Below, one piece after another: positions 21,557-32,764 of a stretch of 64,000 nt of DNA. The position numbers were made by a program, and so were the translations under genes. Origin of the DNA: Nitrosopumilus sp. (GTDB lineage: Archaea; Thermoproteota; Nitrososphaeria; Nitrososphaerales; Nitrosopumilaceae); the NCBI GenBank assembly GCA_965203315.1, contig OZ241857.1, forward strand, positions 1,152,001 to 1,216,000, in the 5' to 3' direction. The notes under the pieces are model-generated. The model worked only from the letters and a program-made list of their open reading frames with translations, did no database searches and was not told where the DNA came from. Numbering within the stretch: position 1 is the first letter of the stretch; every line of letters starts with the position of its first letter.

Positions 21557-22810
21557 TCAAATCACAACTAGACCTTGTTCAACTAGATATGTAATGATCT
21601 CGATAAATGCTTCATCGGTTATCATATCGTTTGACCACCATCCAGCCGGTTGTGTAACCCATGATGGAATGCTCCATTCGAGTTGTGGAACTATATCACG
21701 TGTAACAGATAGTATTCGTTGCTCAAACATATAATCAATACCTTCAAGAAATTCGTTATCTGATATCTCACCATTTGCCCATGAACCGGCGCTCTCTTTT
21801 ATCCATGCAGGAATACGAGATAGTTCTGGAGGAATTCCCTTGTCAAATCCAGAGATAGCAAGTACTCCTTGAGATCTGGGTTGAACGGTATATGCAACAT
21901 GCCAAAAACCTAGTTCATCTCTACTTTGAATAAACTCTATTGGCTCATCATTAAATGTGACCTCAAATATCTCATCGCCAGAGATTGGAGCGAACTCAAA
22001 GTTTGCATATGTCTCAAATGGATAGCTGTTATATCCACGTATACTCATTACCGTTCCCGTATCATCAAAGGTTGCGTTATAGAACCAAGAACCCGAATCG
22101 TATCTAAAGCTGTACTTTTGACCCTCCTTTTTTGTAGTTATAGGTACAACTGTAGTATCGGTAGGAGCAAAACAACTATAGTACAAGATCGGCTCAGTTA
22201 TAGAGGGATCTGGATACATTGTAAAGTTGACTATCTCGCCTGGTCTTATCTCAGGTATAAACTCGATATTTTGAGTTACATCCAATATATCATCATGCCC
22301 ATGAACTATTGCAAAGATCTTGGGATTGTGTATAGTTTGGTCTCCAGTATTTTGAATCCTACCAGTAAGATGACCGTCCTTGTGTGTAATGAGTGTCTGA
22401 TCGTATAGTACTTGGAGTGGGATCGTATCTTGCGCGGCATATTGAAACGATACGTCAGCTGGAACCAAGACAGGGCGTGTACTTTGAACGTCTGGAAACT
22501 TTAGTTTGAATGGAATCTCGCTGTATGGCCCCAAAGGAACATGCTGTATAGTTTGAGCTAGTCTTGTATTATGATCAATTACAGATACGGTTATGGTTGG
22601 AAGTATGCCATGATCTAGATTGTTTTTGATATTTCCAATTACAGTATAGACTCCGTTAGAGTCATAGTATCCAATATACTCGCCTGTAGGAACATAGACC
22701 TCTGAATGGGCAACCGGTACAAATAAGACAAAGAGTACACTAGAGAGAATTAATAATATCTTCGAATCCGGCAGAAGACTTTGCAAGTAGACTTGGGCGA
22801 TACTCTTCAA
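21557..22810 (-). CDS. Secreted thaumarchaeal protein with tandem C-terminal IPxWIK..W repeats (true start probably downstream of 22810)
   Basis: Hydrophobic signal; IPAWIKESAGSW and IPSWVTQPAGWW repeats. Annotated start overlaps the upstream gene. Confidence 0.75.
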   Translation of the reverse strand: MKSIAQVYLQSLLPDSKILLILSSVLFVLFVPVAHSEVYVPTGEYIGYYDSNGVYTVIGNIKNNLDHGILPTITVSVIDHNTRLAQTIQHVPLGPYSEIPFKLKFPDVQSTRPVLVPADVSFQYAAQDTIPLQVLYDQTLITHKDGHLTGRIQNTGDQTIHNPKIFAIVHGHDDILDVTQNIEFIPEIRPGEIVNFTMYPDPSITEPILYYSCFAPTDTTVVPITTKKEGQKYSFRYDSGSWFYNATFDDTGTVMSIRGYNSYPFETYANFEFAPISGDEIFEVTFNDEPIEFIQSRDELGFWHVAYTVQPRSQGVLAISGFDKGIPPELSRIPAWIKESAGSWANGEISDNEFLEGIDYMFEQRILSVTRDIVPQLEWSIPSWVTQPAGWWSNDMITDEAFIEIITYLVEQGLVVI

Positions 22811-23237
22811 CTAATCTACTAACCAGATCACGTGATTTAATATAATATCGCTTTTTAAACTCTATTCGTTTAATGTATACGAGTTCATCAGATACCAGTT
22901 GTGTGAGATAGAACGATACGGTAGATTGAGATTTTTTGGCTTTTTGTACAAGTTGAGAGAACTCTTGACCATCCTCATACATTAATGCGAACAATATTAC
23001 ACGGGGAGTCTCTTTGCGTAATGCCTTGATCGCAACCGACTCTTCTTCAGTTATATCTGGCACGTAAAAACGAATCTGTCTTGGACCGCGAACCGCCTTG
23101 ATCATGTTGCGTTGTTCCAGTTTAGTAAGATGATGATCCAGTACGCCATTTTTGAGTCCAGTGTGGCGCATCAGTTCTCGGAACTGAATTCCTGGATTCT
23201 TTTCGATGATATCCTTGAGTAATGACGCCCTAGTCAT
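22740..23237 (-). CDS. Double winged-helix transcriptional regulator
   Basis: NPGIQFRELMR..GVLDHHL and SQSTVSFYL wHTH motifs. Confidence 0.82.
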   Translation of the reverse strand: MTRASLLKDIIEKNPGIQFRELMRHTGLKNGVLDHHLTKLEQRNMIKAVRGPRQIRFYVPDITEEESVAIKALRKETPRVILFALMYEDGQEFSQLVQKAKKSQSTVSFYLTQLVSDELVYIKRIEFKKRYYIKSRDLVSRLVEEYRPSLLAKSSAGFEDIINSL

Positions 23238-23622
23238 TTCTAAAGACCCCCAATGCCAACACTCCTAGCGTTGTAAATGTCAATAGATGACCTATCTCCG
23301 ATAATGGAACTACATCTAGGTCGTATACAGTAGGCCATGTAACGTCAACCAACATTACCACCTCGGCCCCAATAAAAGTAGCAAATGCAATCATACTTAA
23401 AAGAAGACGTTTGGTCCTCAGACGATTATACGCAAGTATAGACAAGAGTGTGATGAATACTGCAAGTGTTATTCCGCCCACATGTAAAAAGATATGCGCT
23501 ATATGAAAGCCGTGCAACAGATGTGGTATTATAATAGGAATGGCCAAGATTGACACGACGCCGACGAGTACCATCGAGAATAGAGTTGACTTTCTCTCAA
23601 GTATAGTCTCTGCTCTAAACAA
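23230..23622 (-). CDS. Small His-containing 4-TM membrane protein, overlapping the wHTH gene
   Basis: Four hydrophobic segments; PHLLHGFHIAHIFLH. Confidence 0.7.
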   Translation of the reverse strand: MFRAETILERKSTLFSMVLVGVVSILAIPIIIPHLLHGFHIAHIFLHVGGITLAVFITLLSILAYNRLRTKRLLLSMIAFATFIGAEVVMLVDVTWPTVYDLDVVPLSEIGHLLTFTTLGVLALGVFRND

Positions 23623-23676
23623 CAGTACAATTACACATCTAGAACGTTTAAGATATGTGGTTCAAACTTGGAATGC

Positions 23677-25179
23677 TTATATGCTAATTATACCGTTTTC
23701 GAGTAGAAACGTTATACTTTGAAGAAATGTAGCATCATCGATCTTCTCTTGTGCCCACCATAGAGCGTTTGTTCGTATCCATGGTGGTATATCACCCGCA
23801 TAATCAGTTGTATCAGATGGTACATTCAGTACAATTACATTATCTTGTATCAGATATTGAATCGCTGCAAGAAATGTAGCATCATCGATCTTCTCTTGTG
23901 CCCACCATAGAGCGCTCTGTTTTATCCAAGATGGAATCATAGTTGTGCGATCAAATATGACTGGAATTGTAGTTGTTGCAAGCGGATTGCCATCAATATT
24001 CTTAAAGGTTAGATTCACGACGCCAGAGATATTGTCAGGTATGACAAATGATGCAGTGGTGTGTTCTTGACGCGAGTTTGTACTGGTACCACTCTGCGTG
24101 TATATTGTTGTGCTGTCCTGAGTAACATCTAGTGTATAGTCTGTAGCAACTGGTCTACCTTTGAGAAATACATCGGTTATGTCAAAAGACAAGACTGCTT
24201 TAGAGTTGTGGCGTAGATCTTGTGGTTCCCAAGAGAGGAGAATTCGAAATTGACCGTTCTCAGTAACCGAACTTAGATGTGGATAGTTACGGTCTGGTGT
24301 GATAACAAAACTCATGTCGTCACTCTTTGTGCCGTTCTCCAAAACTCGTAACAACTCTTTCTGGTATATGGTAAAGTGAACAGTTCTAGGATCAGTGAAA
24401 AAGTCATCCACTGCGACTACATTCTCAGAGAGTTGTAGATCATTTACATACATTATAAATCCCGATGAGAGCATGTCGCCGAATGATGTTGGTGTTGAAA
24501 ACTCGATATGGACAACATCTGTTCTATCTATGTTAGATTCAGTCAACTCGAATGGCATTGTAAATTCGATTCGTTTGTCATCTGCGTTGTAATCAAAGTT
24601 TGAGAGCTCGTCATAGTATGTAACTAGATCTATGTATTGGTCTCCAAAGTTAGGATCGTCTATGGTGTGACGTGTACTCTGTGCAATAGATATCCCAGAA
24701 TTGAATATGAGAGGATCGTCTAGTATATCGTAACTATTTGCCGTAGTAATCTTAACATCAAACTTGTATAGGCCACCTTTGGCGAGATCTGTACCTCGTA
24801 TATCAAATGTCTTCGCTTCGAGACCAAATAGAGAGCCAAATAGATCGCGTTCACGTTCAGTTATAGATATAGAGTCGACACTCTCAGAGATGAAGTTAAA
24901 GGTTATAGAACCACTGTCTGCTTTAAACTCTCTCTCAAAGAGAAACTCGTCTCCACGTTCTGAACGAATCTCAAAGGTTACATCTCGAAGAGTTACCTTT
25001 GAGTCAAAATCGATCAGAGATATTGTAAACTGTTGTGTATCATTTGTGGTCGATGAGTTTATCTCGAGGGTTACAGTCTTGCCATCTAGTTCGGCATTGA
25101 TCGCTTCGCTACCAATTCCATGACCATGTACAGTTCCAAACGTGATAGATACTATTACAAGTAAAAAGAGTGTCTTCAA
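23677..25179 (-). CDS. Secreted protein, predicted mature N-terminus HGIG, C-terminal IPxWIK..WW repeats
   Basis: Signal peptide VHG|HGIG; two ALWWAQEKIDDATFL repeats. Confidence 0.8.
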   Translation of the reverse strand: MKTLFLLVIVSITFGTVHGHGIGSEAINAELDGKTVTLEINSSTTNDTQQFTISLIDFDSKVTLRDVTFEIRSERGDEFLFEREFKADSGSITFNFISESVDSISITERERDLFGSLFGLEAKTFDIRGTDLAKGGLYKFDVKITTANSYDILDDPLIFNSGISIAQSTRHTIDDPNFGDQYIDLVTYYDELSNFDYNADDKRIEFTMPFELTESNIDRTDVVHIEFSTPTSFGDMLSSGFIMYVNDLQLSENVVAVDDFFTDPRTVHFTIYQKELLRVLENGTKSDDMSFVITPDRNYPHLSSVTENGQFRILLSWEPQDLRHNSKAVLSFDITDVFLKGRPVATDYTLDVTQDSTTIYTQSGTSTNSRQEHTTASFVIPDNISGVVNLTFKNIDGNPLATTTIPVIFDRTTMIPSWIKQSALWWAQEKIDDATFLAAIQYLIQDNVIVLNVPSDTTDYAGDIPPWIRTNALWWAQEKIDDATFLQSITFLLENGIISI

Positions 25180-25180
25180 T

Positions 25181-25396
25181 CTAGGTCCACTTGTTGGGAT
25201 CTTTCTTCCAGATCATTTTACCGTCGATCGTTACCGAATCGTTCTCTTCAAAGATTGTATGCCATTTGCCGTTACTTGGAAAGATTCGATCCATCTCTTC
25301 AACTCGTTTATCTGTAGGAGGCCTGTTCATAAGAGCGCCCCATTTCATATTTGGAATCCTTGGCAATATATCATTAATATCTCGCATATCTATCAT
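25181..25396 (-). CDS. Small hypothetical protein
   Basis: 71-aa ORF packed in the same direction between two secreted-protein genes. Confidence 0.6.
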   Translation of the reverse strand: MIDMRDINDILPRIPNMKWGALMNRPPTDKRVEEMDRIFPSNGKWHTIFEENDSVTIDGKMIWKKDPNKWT

Positions 25397-25417
25397 ACAC
25401 CAAATTTATTTAAAACC

Positions 25418-27154
25418 TTATGATTGTATCGAGATTATTCCCTGTGAGATTAGAAACTGTATAGCAGAGATGAATGTAGCATCATTTACGTCTCCGTTGA
25501 CCCAATACTCTGCGGTATTCTTGACCCATGTTGGTATCTCAGAGCTAGAGTCTTGACTTGTTGTAGTTGTGGGTACTCGGATTATCTCCTCTTCAATTAG
25601 AAACTGTATAGCAGAGATGAATGTAGCATCATTTACGTCTCCGTTGACCCAATACTCTGCGGTATTCTTGACCCATGTTGGTATTGCGGTATTGGTAGGC
25701 GTTGTGGTCACAGACGGTACGTCTGGTTCAGGTACAGTGATTGTTCCAGACTGTGTTCCTGGACCTATCTCAACTAGACCAGAGCCTATTCCTGCATGTG
25801 TCTGATCATAGTCGAGTCCTGTTCCATATATCCAAACATCGATTCGTGTCATACCTTGATCTGGAATGTAGATGTTTTGTACGTCGACACCTTCGGTAGA
25901 TAGAATACCCTTGTTTTGTACGTCGTTGCCTATATTTGTGAGTAGAATGTTCTCAGAGCTGTCGATGATTCTGTATCCATATCTGACATCTTTTAACAGT
26001 TGATCATCAGAGTTCATCAATGCAAACTCGAATGGAATCTCTTGTTCTGCACCGAGTGCACTATCCCACGATAATCGTACTTTGGATGGAACCTCGTTTT
26101 CATAGGTTTCGAGATCAACTAGATAAAACTCGATCATACTCTTTGATGGTTTGTCTAGAGGAACCATCTTCAAGTTCATAATACCGCTATTAACGTTTGT
26201 AGGACCCAACAACTCGTTGATGCGTTTGAGTTCAGAGTTTGTGACCAAGAAATGAATGATGTTCTGATCTGTGTATGTATATGGATCATTGAGTAGTGCG
26301 CGGTGACCAAGTTCGATTCCATTAACATATCCTTTAAACTGTGTACCTTCAGCATATGGAAGGAAAGACTTTGGTACTCGAACCTCTTCGTGTACAACTT
26401 GAACAGTATCTACATAGGATGGTGTCCAATCAAACGGCATGTTAAATGATATTGCATTTGTAGTCTGATCAAACTCAAAGTTGTCAACTTCGTCATAGTA
26501 AGTCTTTACAAGTACAGGAACCTCTTCGGCGTTTGCAGTCTGGATCATAAAGTCTTGTTCTTGTGCTACACTGACAAATGTCTCATAGCTGAGTGTGTTA
26601 GCAACCTGACTTCGAGGACTAGTAGCACCTTCGATATCAATTCGAATGTTGTATAGTCCACCTTTCTCCAAGATTGGACCAGTAATTGTAGGTCTTGCAC
26701 ATGTGTCTAGATTATCATCTGTGCACTGTTCACCTTGAACTGATTTTGCTCCAGGAGCGCTGATATCTTCACTACCACCAACAACAGTACACCTCCACAA
26801 CTCGGCTTTATCACAGTCAGACTTGGGTCTAATCTCTACATCAAGTCGCCCATCTTTATCGTAAAAGAGGTCACGTACTAGGAGATCTCCTGCTCGCCAT
26901 ACCTCTATTCTATATGTTACTTTATCAAAATCTATGTCAGTGTCGAAATCTAAAAATCTTACTTGCATGTTTATGTCATCGACATCTCCTACGGTAATGT
27001 CTGCAGGAGTAAGCTGAGTACGAACAGTTACATTCATTCCTTCAAAGCTTATTGGAGGTGCTTGATCACCACCAATGCCATGTCCAAAAGCATTCGGTAC
27101 AAATAATGTAATAGTAGCAAGTGCAACTATAGATAGAATCAACCTAGAATACAT
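25418..27154 (-). CDS. Secreted protein, predicted mature N-terminus HGIGG, C-terminal IPTWVK repeats
   Basis: AFG|HGIGGDQ; paralogous segments with the 23677 and 36730 ORFs (YYD..F.MPF, HEE..P). Confidence 0.8.
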   Translation of the reverse strand: MYSRLILSIVALATITLFVPNAFGHGIGGDQAPPISFEGMNVTVRTQLTPADITVGDVDDINMQVRFLDFDTDIDFDKVTYRIEVWRAGDLLVRDLFYDKDGRLDVEIRPKSDCDKAELWRCTVVGGSEDISAPGAKSVQGEQCTDDNLDTCARPTITGPILEKGGLYNIRIDIEGATSPRSQVANTLSYETFVSVAQEQDFMIQTANAEEVPVLVKTYYDEVDNFEFDQTTNAISFNMPFDWTPSYVDTVQVVHEEVRVPKSFLPYAEGTQFKGYVNGIELGHRALLNDPYTYTDQNIIHFLVTNSELKRINELLGPTNVNSGIMNLKMVPLDKPSKSMIEFYLVDLETYENEVPSKVRLSWDSALGAEQEIPFEFALMNSDDQLLKDVRYGYRIIDSSENILLTNIGNDVQNKGILSTEGVDVQNIYIPDQGMTRIDVWIYGTGLDYDQTHAGIGSGLVEIGPGTQSGTITVPEPDVPSVTTTPTNTAIPTWVKNTAEYWVNGDVNDATFISAIQFLIEEEIIRVPTTTTSQDSSSEIPTWVKNTAEYWVNGDVNDATFISAIQFLISQGIISIQS

Positions 27155-27259
27155 TTATCAAAATTACACGTATTCCATATTTAAAGATGAATGAATAGGT
27201 ACGATCGGCGCAAAGACGTACAGGTATGACTTTTATTTATCAATGGATAAAAACATGTT

Positions 27260-28090
27260 ATGAAATTTATCTTTGTACTTGTACCATTACTTGTACCATT
27301 GTTGATGGTATCCGCATATGGAGAGCAACAGACTCTATCAACCGACAAACAAACTCTTGATGTAAGGATAACGCACGATCCGATACAAGTAGACACTCAG
27401 ACTAGAATTCAAGTAGATTTTATCAATCCCAATACGCAAAGACTCCAAGAGCATATAGACTATACTGTATCTGTATCAAAGGATGGAACGAATGTCTTTG
27501 GGCCGATTCCGCTAACGCACACAACTCCTGGTACGGTAAAGATTCCAGTCGAATTTCTAAGTCAAGGAGTATACACAATGGAGATTGGTGTAGAGGGAAT
27601 CTTGTTTCAACCAATACCTCCAGAGATAGTCTCATTTGATATTATAGTACAGAGTGCAGATGCGGCAGAGCCACGAGACGCAATCACGCAACCAGACGGA
27701 GGCGGATGTCTAATTGCAACAGCTACCTTTGGCTCGGAACTTGCACCACAAGTCCAGCAGCTAAGAGAGCTCCGAGATAACATCATACTAGAGACAGATT
27801 CGGGGGTTGCATTCATGAGTGGATTCAATCAAATGTACTATTCGTTTTCGCCTACAGTAGCTGATCTGATAAGGGAGAGTCCAGTATTGAAAGAGACGGT
27901 AAAGACGGGACTCGTACCAATGATAACATCACTCTCATTGTTAAATCATGTACAGATGAACAGTGAACAAGATATCATACTATATGGTGTCTCTCTAATT
28001 TTGCTAAATGTTGGTATGTATATTGGACTGCCTGTGTTTGGATTTCTAAAGTTGTACCAGTCAAAGAGACCATGGTACAAATTTGAGTGA
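27260..28090 (+). CDS. Secreted protein with CFI-box-CTERM domain
   Basis: QEHIDY domain; GGGCLIATATFGSELAPQVQQLRELRD; C-terminal TM. Confidence 0.85.
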   Translation: MKFIFVLVPLLVPLLMVSAYGEQQTLSTDKQTLDVRITHDPIQVDTQTRIQVDFINPNTQRLQEHIDYTVSVSKDGTNVFGPIPLTHTTPGTVKIPVEFLSQGVYTMEIGVEGILFQPIPPEIVSFDIIVQSADAAEPRDAITQPDGGGCLIATATFGSELAPQVQQLRELRDNIILETDSGVAFMSGFNQMYYSFSPTVADLIRESPVLKETVKTGLVPMITSLSLLNHVQMNSEQDIILYGVSLILLNVGMYIGLPVFGFLKLYQSKRPWYKFE

Positions 28091-28123
28091 GGTTTTTAAG
28101 TATCTACATAACATCATTGAACA

Positions 28124-29014
28124 ATGAAGAAAGTAATCAGTTCAATCTTCGTATTATGTGCTTTAGCAGTCGGGTTATCAGCTTCGGATGCTTTTGCAGA
28201 TCATGCTGAAGTGACGATTGAGCCGGTATCAGGATCTGGTACTGCAGGTTGCCAAGAGACACCAGAGGGTTGTTACAATCCAATGATAGCTACAGTCGAT
28301 GTAGGTGGTAAGGTAATCTTTTTAAACACTGATGTAGTGCCTCATGTGTTTGCAGCAGGAGAACCAGGTAGAGATATAGGAATGACAGGCGAGTTTGGTG
28401 GCGAACTAGTACAACCAGGCGGTTCACAAGAATGGACTCCAACTGAAGTAGGTGAAGTATCTCACTTTTGTACAGTTCATCCATGGATGACAGGTACTAT
28501 AGTAGTACAGGCAAAAGAGGGTGAAGATGTCACGAAGGGAGACGGAATGATGGGTAAGATGATGGATGACATGAACACGATGATGGCCATGGAAGACGCA
28601 TCTGGAACAGGAATGCTACCTGATGGTACTATGGTCATGATCCAAGTCGACGAAGCAGGTATGGAAGAGACGACAATGATCAAGGTCATGTTCGAAAATT
28701 CAGAACATGTCAACTATGACATCATGGCAATGCAAGGAGACAGTACAGTACTAGACGATATGGACGTACACTCACACACAGGTATTGAAGAACACATGAC
28801 TGCTCCACTGGAAGCTGATCTAAGCGAGATGCCACTAGACATAACCATAATGTTCAAGGGATATGGCATAGATGAGATTACAGGAGAAGCTGGTGAGGTA
28901 ATGTTTACCAATGTTGTTCCAGAGTTTGGGACAATTGCAATGCTAATACTAGCAGTCGCAGTAGTCAGTGTGGTGGTAGTCACTTCAAAATCTAGGGTTA
29001 TTCCAAGACTCTAA
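28124..29014 (+). CDS. Blue-copper (cupredoxin) protein with Met-rich linker and PEFG-CTERM anchor
   Basis: PHVF..FCTVHPWM type-1 Cu ligands; VPEFG + TM + basic tail. Confidence 0.9.
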   Translation: MKKVISSIFVLCALAVGLSASDAFADHAEVTIEPVSGSGTAGCQETPEGCYNPMIATVDVGGKVIFLNTDVVPHVFAAGEPGRDIGMTGEFGGELVQPGGSQEWTPTEVGEVSHFCTVHPWMTGTIVVQAKEGEDVTKGDGMMGKMMDDMNTMMAMEDASGTGMLPDGTMVMIQVDEAGMEETTMIKVMFENSEHVNYDIMAMQGDSTVLDDMDVHSHTGIEEHMTAPLEADLSEMPLDITIMFKGYGIDEITGEAGEVMFTNVVPEFGTIAMLILAVAVVSVVVVTSKSRVIPRL

Positions 29015-29025
29015 GGAATACTCTC

Positions 29026-29661
29026 TTATTTTCTTTTTACTAGTGATATTACAGCCAGTATTACGCCAGATGCTCCAATACCCAATCCAAAGAATGCAAT
29101 ATCATAGCTAGCTGTATCATCCGATCCAGATATCTTTAGTTGACCAGACTGTATTCTAGATACATCTTGTTGTAGTGCAGATACTGCATTCTTTAGTGCA
29201 GATGTGTCAGTATCTCCTTGTACACTTTGAGGTGGAAAGTCCAAGATTGCAGTAGACTCGACATCTTCGATGGGAATCTCAACATCGACTTGTACGCCTT
29301 CTAGTACACCTTGTAGTACAACGGTATATGTACCGGTCTTTGTTGGTATTATAGGAGAAAAGTAGTATCCAGGTTTTTGGTCAGAGTTGATACCGATCTG
29401 CTTGGATGCACCACCAAATGTAACTGTAGCGTCCATGCCTCTAAACGCATTTGTTATACCGGTAAATGTACCTTCATTCTCACCACGCTCTATCACTCGA
29501 AAGACTAGATCGTTCCTAATACCTACAATTGGAGGTTCTATTCCCCAACCGGCCTCTATCTCAAAAGGCTCTACCTCGACTGTAGTATGACCAAAAGATG
29601 GAGTAGTCACACCTACAACGAGCAAGAGTACTAGACCAGATATCAGTTTCACAGATATCAA
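29026..29661 (-). CDS. Secreted, membrane-anchored protein with predicted N-terminal His
   Basis: SFG|HTTV, GWGIEPP, PTKTGTY; C-terminal TM. Confidence 0.75.
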   Translation of the reverse strand: MISVKLISGLVLLLVVGVTTPSFGHTTVEVEPFEIEAGWGIEPPIVGIRNDLVFRVIERGENEGTFTGITNAFRGMDATVTFGGASKQIGINSDQKPGYYFSPIIPTKTGTYTVVLQGVLEGVQVDVEIPIEDVESTAILDFPPQSVQGDTDTSALKNAVSALQQDVSRIQSGQLKISGSDDTASYDIAFFGLGIGASGVILAVISLVKRK

Positions 29662-29754
29662 AGTACTGTATAGGTTAATTATCTTTATGTGATAACTGGT
29701 ACAAGAATCAAACAGCTAGATTGTTTAAATGATCAAGTATCTATCAAAAGATAA

Positions 29755-32505
29755 ATGATAAGGATATTGTTAGTATTTGTAATATTGTGTGGAACTGTTC
29801 CACTTGTATCTGCTCACCCTTTTACAGAACAGACTATTCCCAGCTTGGCCAGTAATGCACCTGTGGGAACGACAGAGGTTATCGTATACTTTTCAGAACC
29901 AGTCGATATCAACTTTAGTGAGATCAGAGTTTTTGATCATACTGGAGATCAGATAGACAACAAGGATACTGCATATTATGAGAACGAACTGTCTCTGATC
30001 GTTACGACACCACCATTAGAGGATGGCAAGCATACTGCATCAGTCAAGGTATTATCCAAAATAGATGGACATTTGGTTCCTAGTGCATTTGTATTTGGTG
30101 TCGGGGATGTAATCATAAAAGATACATCAGTCGATGTAGATACAGAGATCATATTTCTACCTGGGGCAGTGGCAAGGTTTCCCGGACTTGTAGGTCAGAC
30201 TATTGTACTAGGAGCTATAATTTCATCACTACTGATCTGGGGAATACAGAACAAGAGGACGATCATGGACGAGCTGCAAAAGGTGCAGATGCAACATTAC
30301 TCTAAATTTATGACGATTACAGGTTTGGGACTGATCCTAGTGTTTGTATCAAATGTATTGATGATCGCAATCCAGACGATCCGCTTAGAGACTACGTTCT
30401 TTGATGTGATCGGTACATACTTTGGTACTGTATGGGTTGTGAGGATGGGCACAACCGTTGCGTTGCTGATCATCTGGTTTGTGTTGAATAGACAGGGTAG
30501 ACTGACGATAAAGGGACAGAGCTTGATGCTCAGTATATCACTTGTCCTGATTGCTACAACGACTATAATCGGTCACGGAGCAGCAAGTGGAGAGATGGGC
30601 GCCACAATACTAGACTATGCCCACAATCTGGTTGCAGCTGTATGGATAGGAGGACTGGTATATTTGGCCATGATACTGTTACCTGCTCTGTCTCAACTAA
30701 ACCGGACAAACGAGTCAAAGATGAGTCTGGTCATAATTCCGAGATTCTCGATAGCGTTTGTAATTGCAGTTGGCATAGTTATCGTTACAGGTCCAACACT
30801 CTTGTGGTTCTTGGAGAGCGATGTATCAAGGATAACAGACTCTGTCTTTGGCCAACTCATAATCTCAAAGATCGTGATTGCTGTAATCATGGTTGGATTG
30901 GGAGGGTTCTTTCAGTTCAAGTTGCAACGCGAAGGAACGCGAAACCACACACAGAACAATATTCGTAGAAAACTTCAACGAACACTAAAGATCGATGTTG
31001 CGCTAGGTATAGCACTACTCGGCATAGTTGCATTACTCACCAATGGTACGCTACCTGCAGGCGAGATTGGGCCAGCTAGTGCACAACAGATATCATATGG
31101 GTACAAGGCCATCGAGTTTACAGATGATGCCAAGTTTGATATCGAGTTAGTACCATTTACCAGCGGCATAAACACGATAACAGTAAGTGTAAGTGACTTG
31201 AACGGGAATGGACTGTACGATTTGGATCAGGTAAAGGTAAAGGTATCCAACCCTTCAAAGAACATAGTAGCGATCGAGATTCCTATGACGCAGATCGTAT
31301 CAGACGATACCACAAGATTTCAAGGCGATCTAACTTTTGGATTCTCTGGAGAGTGGTTGATCGAGATCGAAGCTCAACGAACAGAGAACGTCAACGAGTC
31401 AAAGATGTTAAATCTATTGGTGAAACCCAGACTCGGAGACATGCAGATGCAAGTCATCGAGTACGAGTTTCCAGAGAGAGTAGCTCCACTCAACTTGATA
31501 TATGATGGACACGGATCTCTATGGATAGGCGATACAGCAGCCCCTAAACTCTGGCAGTTTACGATAGATACTGCCGAGTTTGAGTCGTATACGTTTGATG
31601 GACTAGTCATCACGTCGCTTGCTAGAGACAGTATGGGGAGAATCTGGTTTCTAGATACACAACGTAGTCAGTTGGGATATCTAGATCCAGATACACGACA
31701 AATCACAACAAAGATCATACCAAATGTGGGTCCGGTAATATCAGAGAATAGACCGATCTCGATTCAGACCGACTCGGACGACGTAATATGGGTAACTGTT
31801 ACCAACAAGGACAAGATCGTAAAGTATTCACCAAAAGATGATACGTTTGACGAGTTTGATCTAAAACGAGGATCACTTCCGTTTGCACTAGATATCGACG
31901 ATGAACAACGAGTATGGTATACGGCAACCGGTACAGGCGATATAGGATATATCGACAGAGATGGGCAGATTGTTACGTTTGCAGCTGATCCTCCATTACA
32001 AGGACCAGAGTCGTTACTGTTTGATGATGATGGTACCGTATGGATAGGCGAGCACACTGGTTCAGGAATTGCGAGGTTTGATCCTATACTAGAGACGTTC
32101 AAGCGAGTTCCCGTTCTAGATCCCAATGCATTGCCGTTTGGAATGACATTCGATCGGTATGGAAACATCTGGTTTGCAGAACATACGGTGGATAAACTTG
32201 GTGTGTATGACCCAGACAATAACGAGATGATCGAAGTTCCCATACCAACCAATACATCATTTGTACAGTTTATGACATCAGATGATAATGGAGATGTCTG
32301 GTTTGCAGTACAGCGTGGAAACAAGATTGGAACCGTAAAGATTACAGAGAGTCTAGTTGCAGTACAGCCACAAGTGGAATCTACCAAACTTCGATATGTC
32401 GAGGTCGTTACACCATTTGTCACATTAGGAATAGTAGCAACTGCATTATTCTATGTCAAAGCAGTTAACGACAAACGAAGACTAAATGAACTCATAGAGT
32501 CCTAA
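29755..32505 (+). CDS. CopC/CopD copper-uptake fusion with C-terminal Vgb-like beta-propeller
   Basis: SA|HPF..FSEPV..S.IDGH (CopC); GHGAA, H..AAVWIGG TM region (CopD); repeated D..G.IWF propeller blades. Confidence 0.88.
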   Translation: MIRILLVFVILCGTVPLVSAHPFTEQTIPSLASNAPVGTTEVIVYFSEPVDINFSEIRVFDHTGDQIDNKDTAYYENELSLIVTTPPLEDGKHTASVKVLSKIDGHLVPSAFVFGVGDVIIKDTSVDVDTEIIFLPGAVARFPGLVGQTIVLGAIISSLLIWGIQNKRTIMDELQKVQMQHYSKFMTITGLGLILVFVSNVLMIAIQTIRLETTFFDVIGTYFGTVWVVRMGTTVALLIIWFVLNRQGRLTIKGQSLMLSISLVLIATTTIIGHGAASGEMGATILDYAHNLVAAVWIGGLVYLAMILLPALSQLNRTNESKMSLVIIPRFSIAFVIAVGIVIVTGPTLLWFLESDVSRITDSVFGQLIISKIVIAVIMVGLGGFFQFKLQREGTRNHTQNNIRRKLQRTLKIDVALGIALLGIVALLTNGTLPAGEIGPASAQQISYGYKAIEFTDDAKFDIELVPFTSGINTITVSVSDLNGNGLYDLDQVKVKVSNPSKNIVAIEIPMTQIVSDDTTRFQGDLTFGFSGEWLIEIEAQRTENVNESKMLNLLVKPRLGDMQMQVIEYEFPERVAPLNLIYDGHGSLWIGDTAAPKLWQFTIDTAEFESYTFDGLVITSLARDSMGRIWFLDTQRSQLGYLDPDTRQITTKIIPNVGPVISENRPISIQTDSDDVIWVTVTNKDKIVKYSPKDDTFDEFDLKRGSLPFALDIDDEQRVWYTATGTGDIGYIDRDGQIVTFAADPPLQGPESLLFDDDGTVWIGEHTGSGIARFDPILETFKRVPVLDPNALPFGMTFDRYGNIWFAEHTVDKLGVYDPDNNEMIEVPIPTNTSFVQFMTSDDNGDVWFAVQRGNKIGTVKITESLVAVQPQVESTKLRYVEVVTPFVTLGIVATALFYVKAVNDKRRLNELIES

Positions 32506-32764
32506 GTGCTATACAACGATCTCTTCGATTTACACGTACTATGTTTTACAAGACTTTTTTTCTAAAAGTGTTTCCAAAGTCTCGGTACTTTTTCTATAAA
32601 ATTCCACCTCAATGTAAATCAAAGAGAACCTTGTCCAATAGTATTGAAATTACTAGTTTAGAATTTACTACATTTATCTAACTTGAATGAGATAAATTTA
32701 CAGTCGTACTTTTCGGCGTATTACATAAAAATCATTTAAATTCTGGTGTAGGCACGTAATTGTA

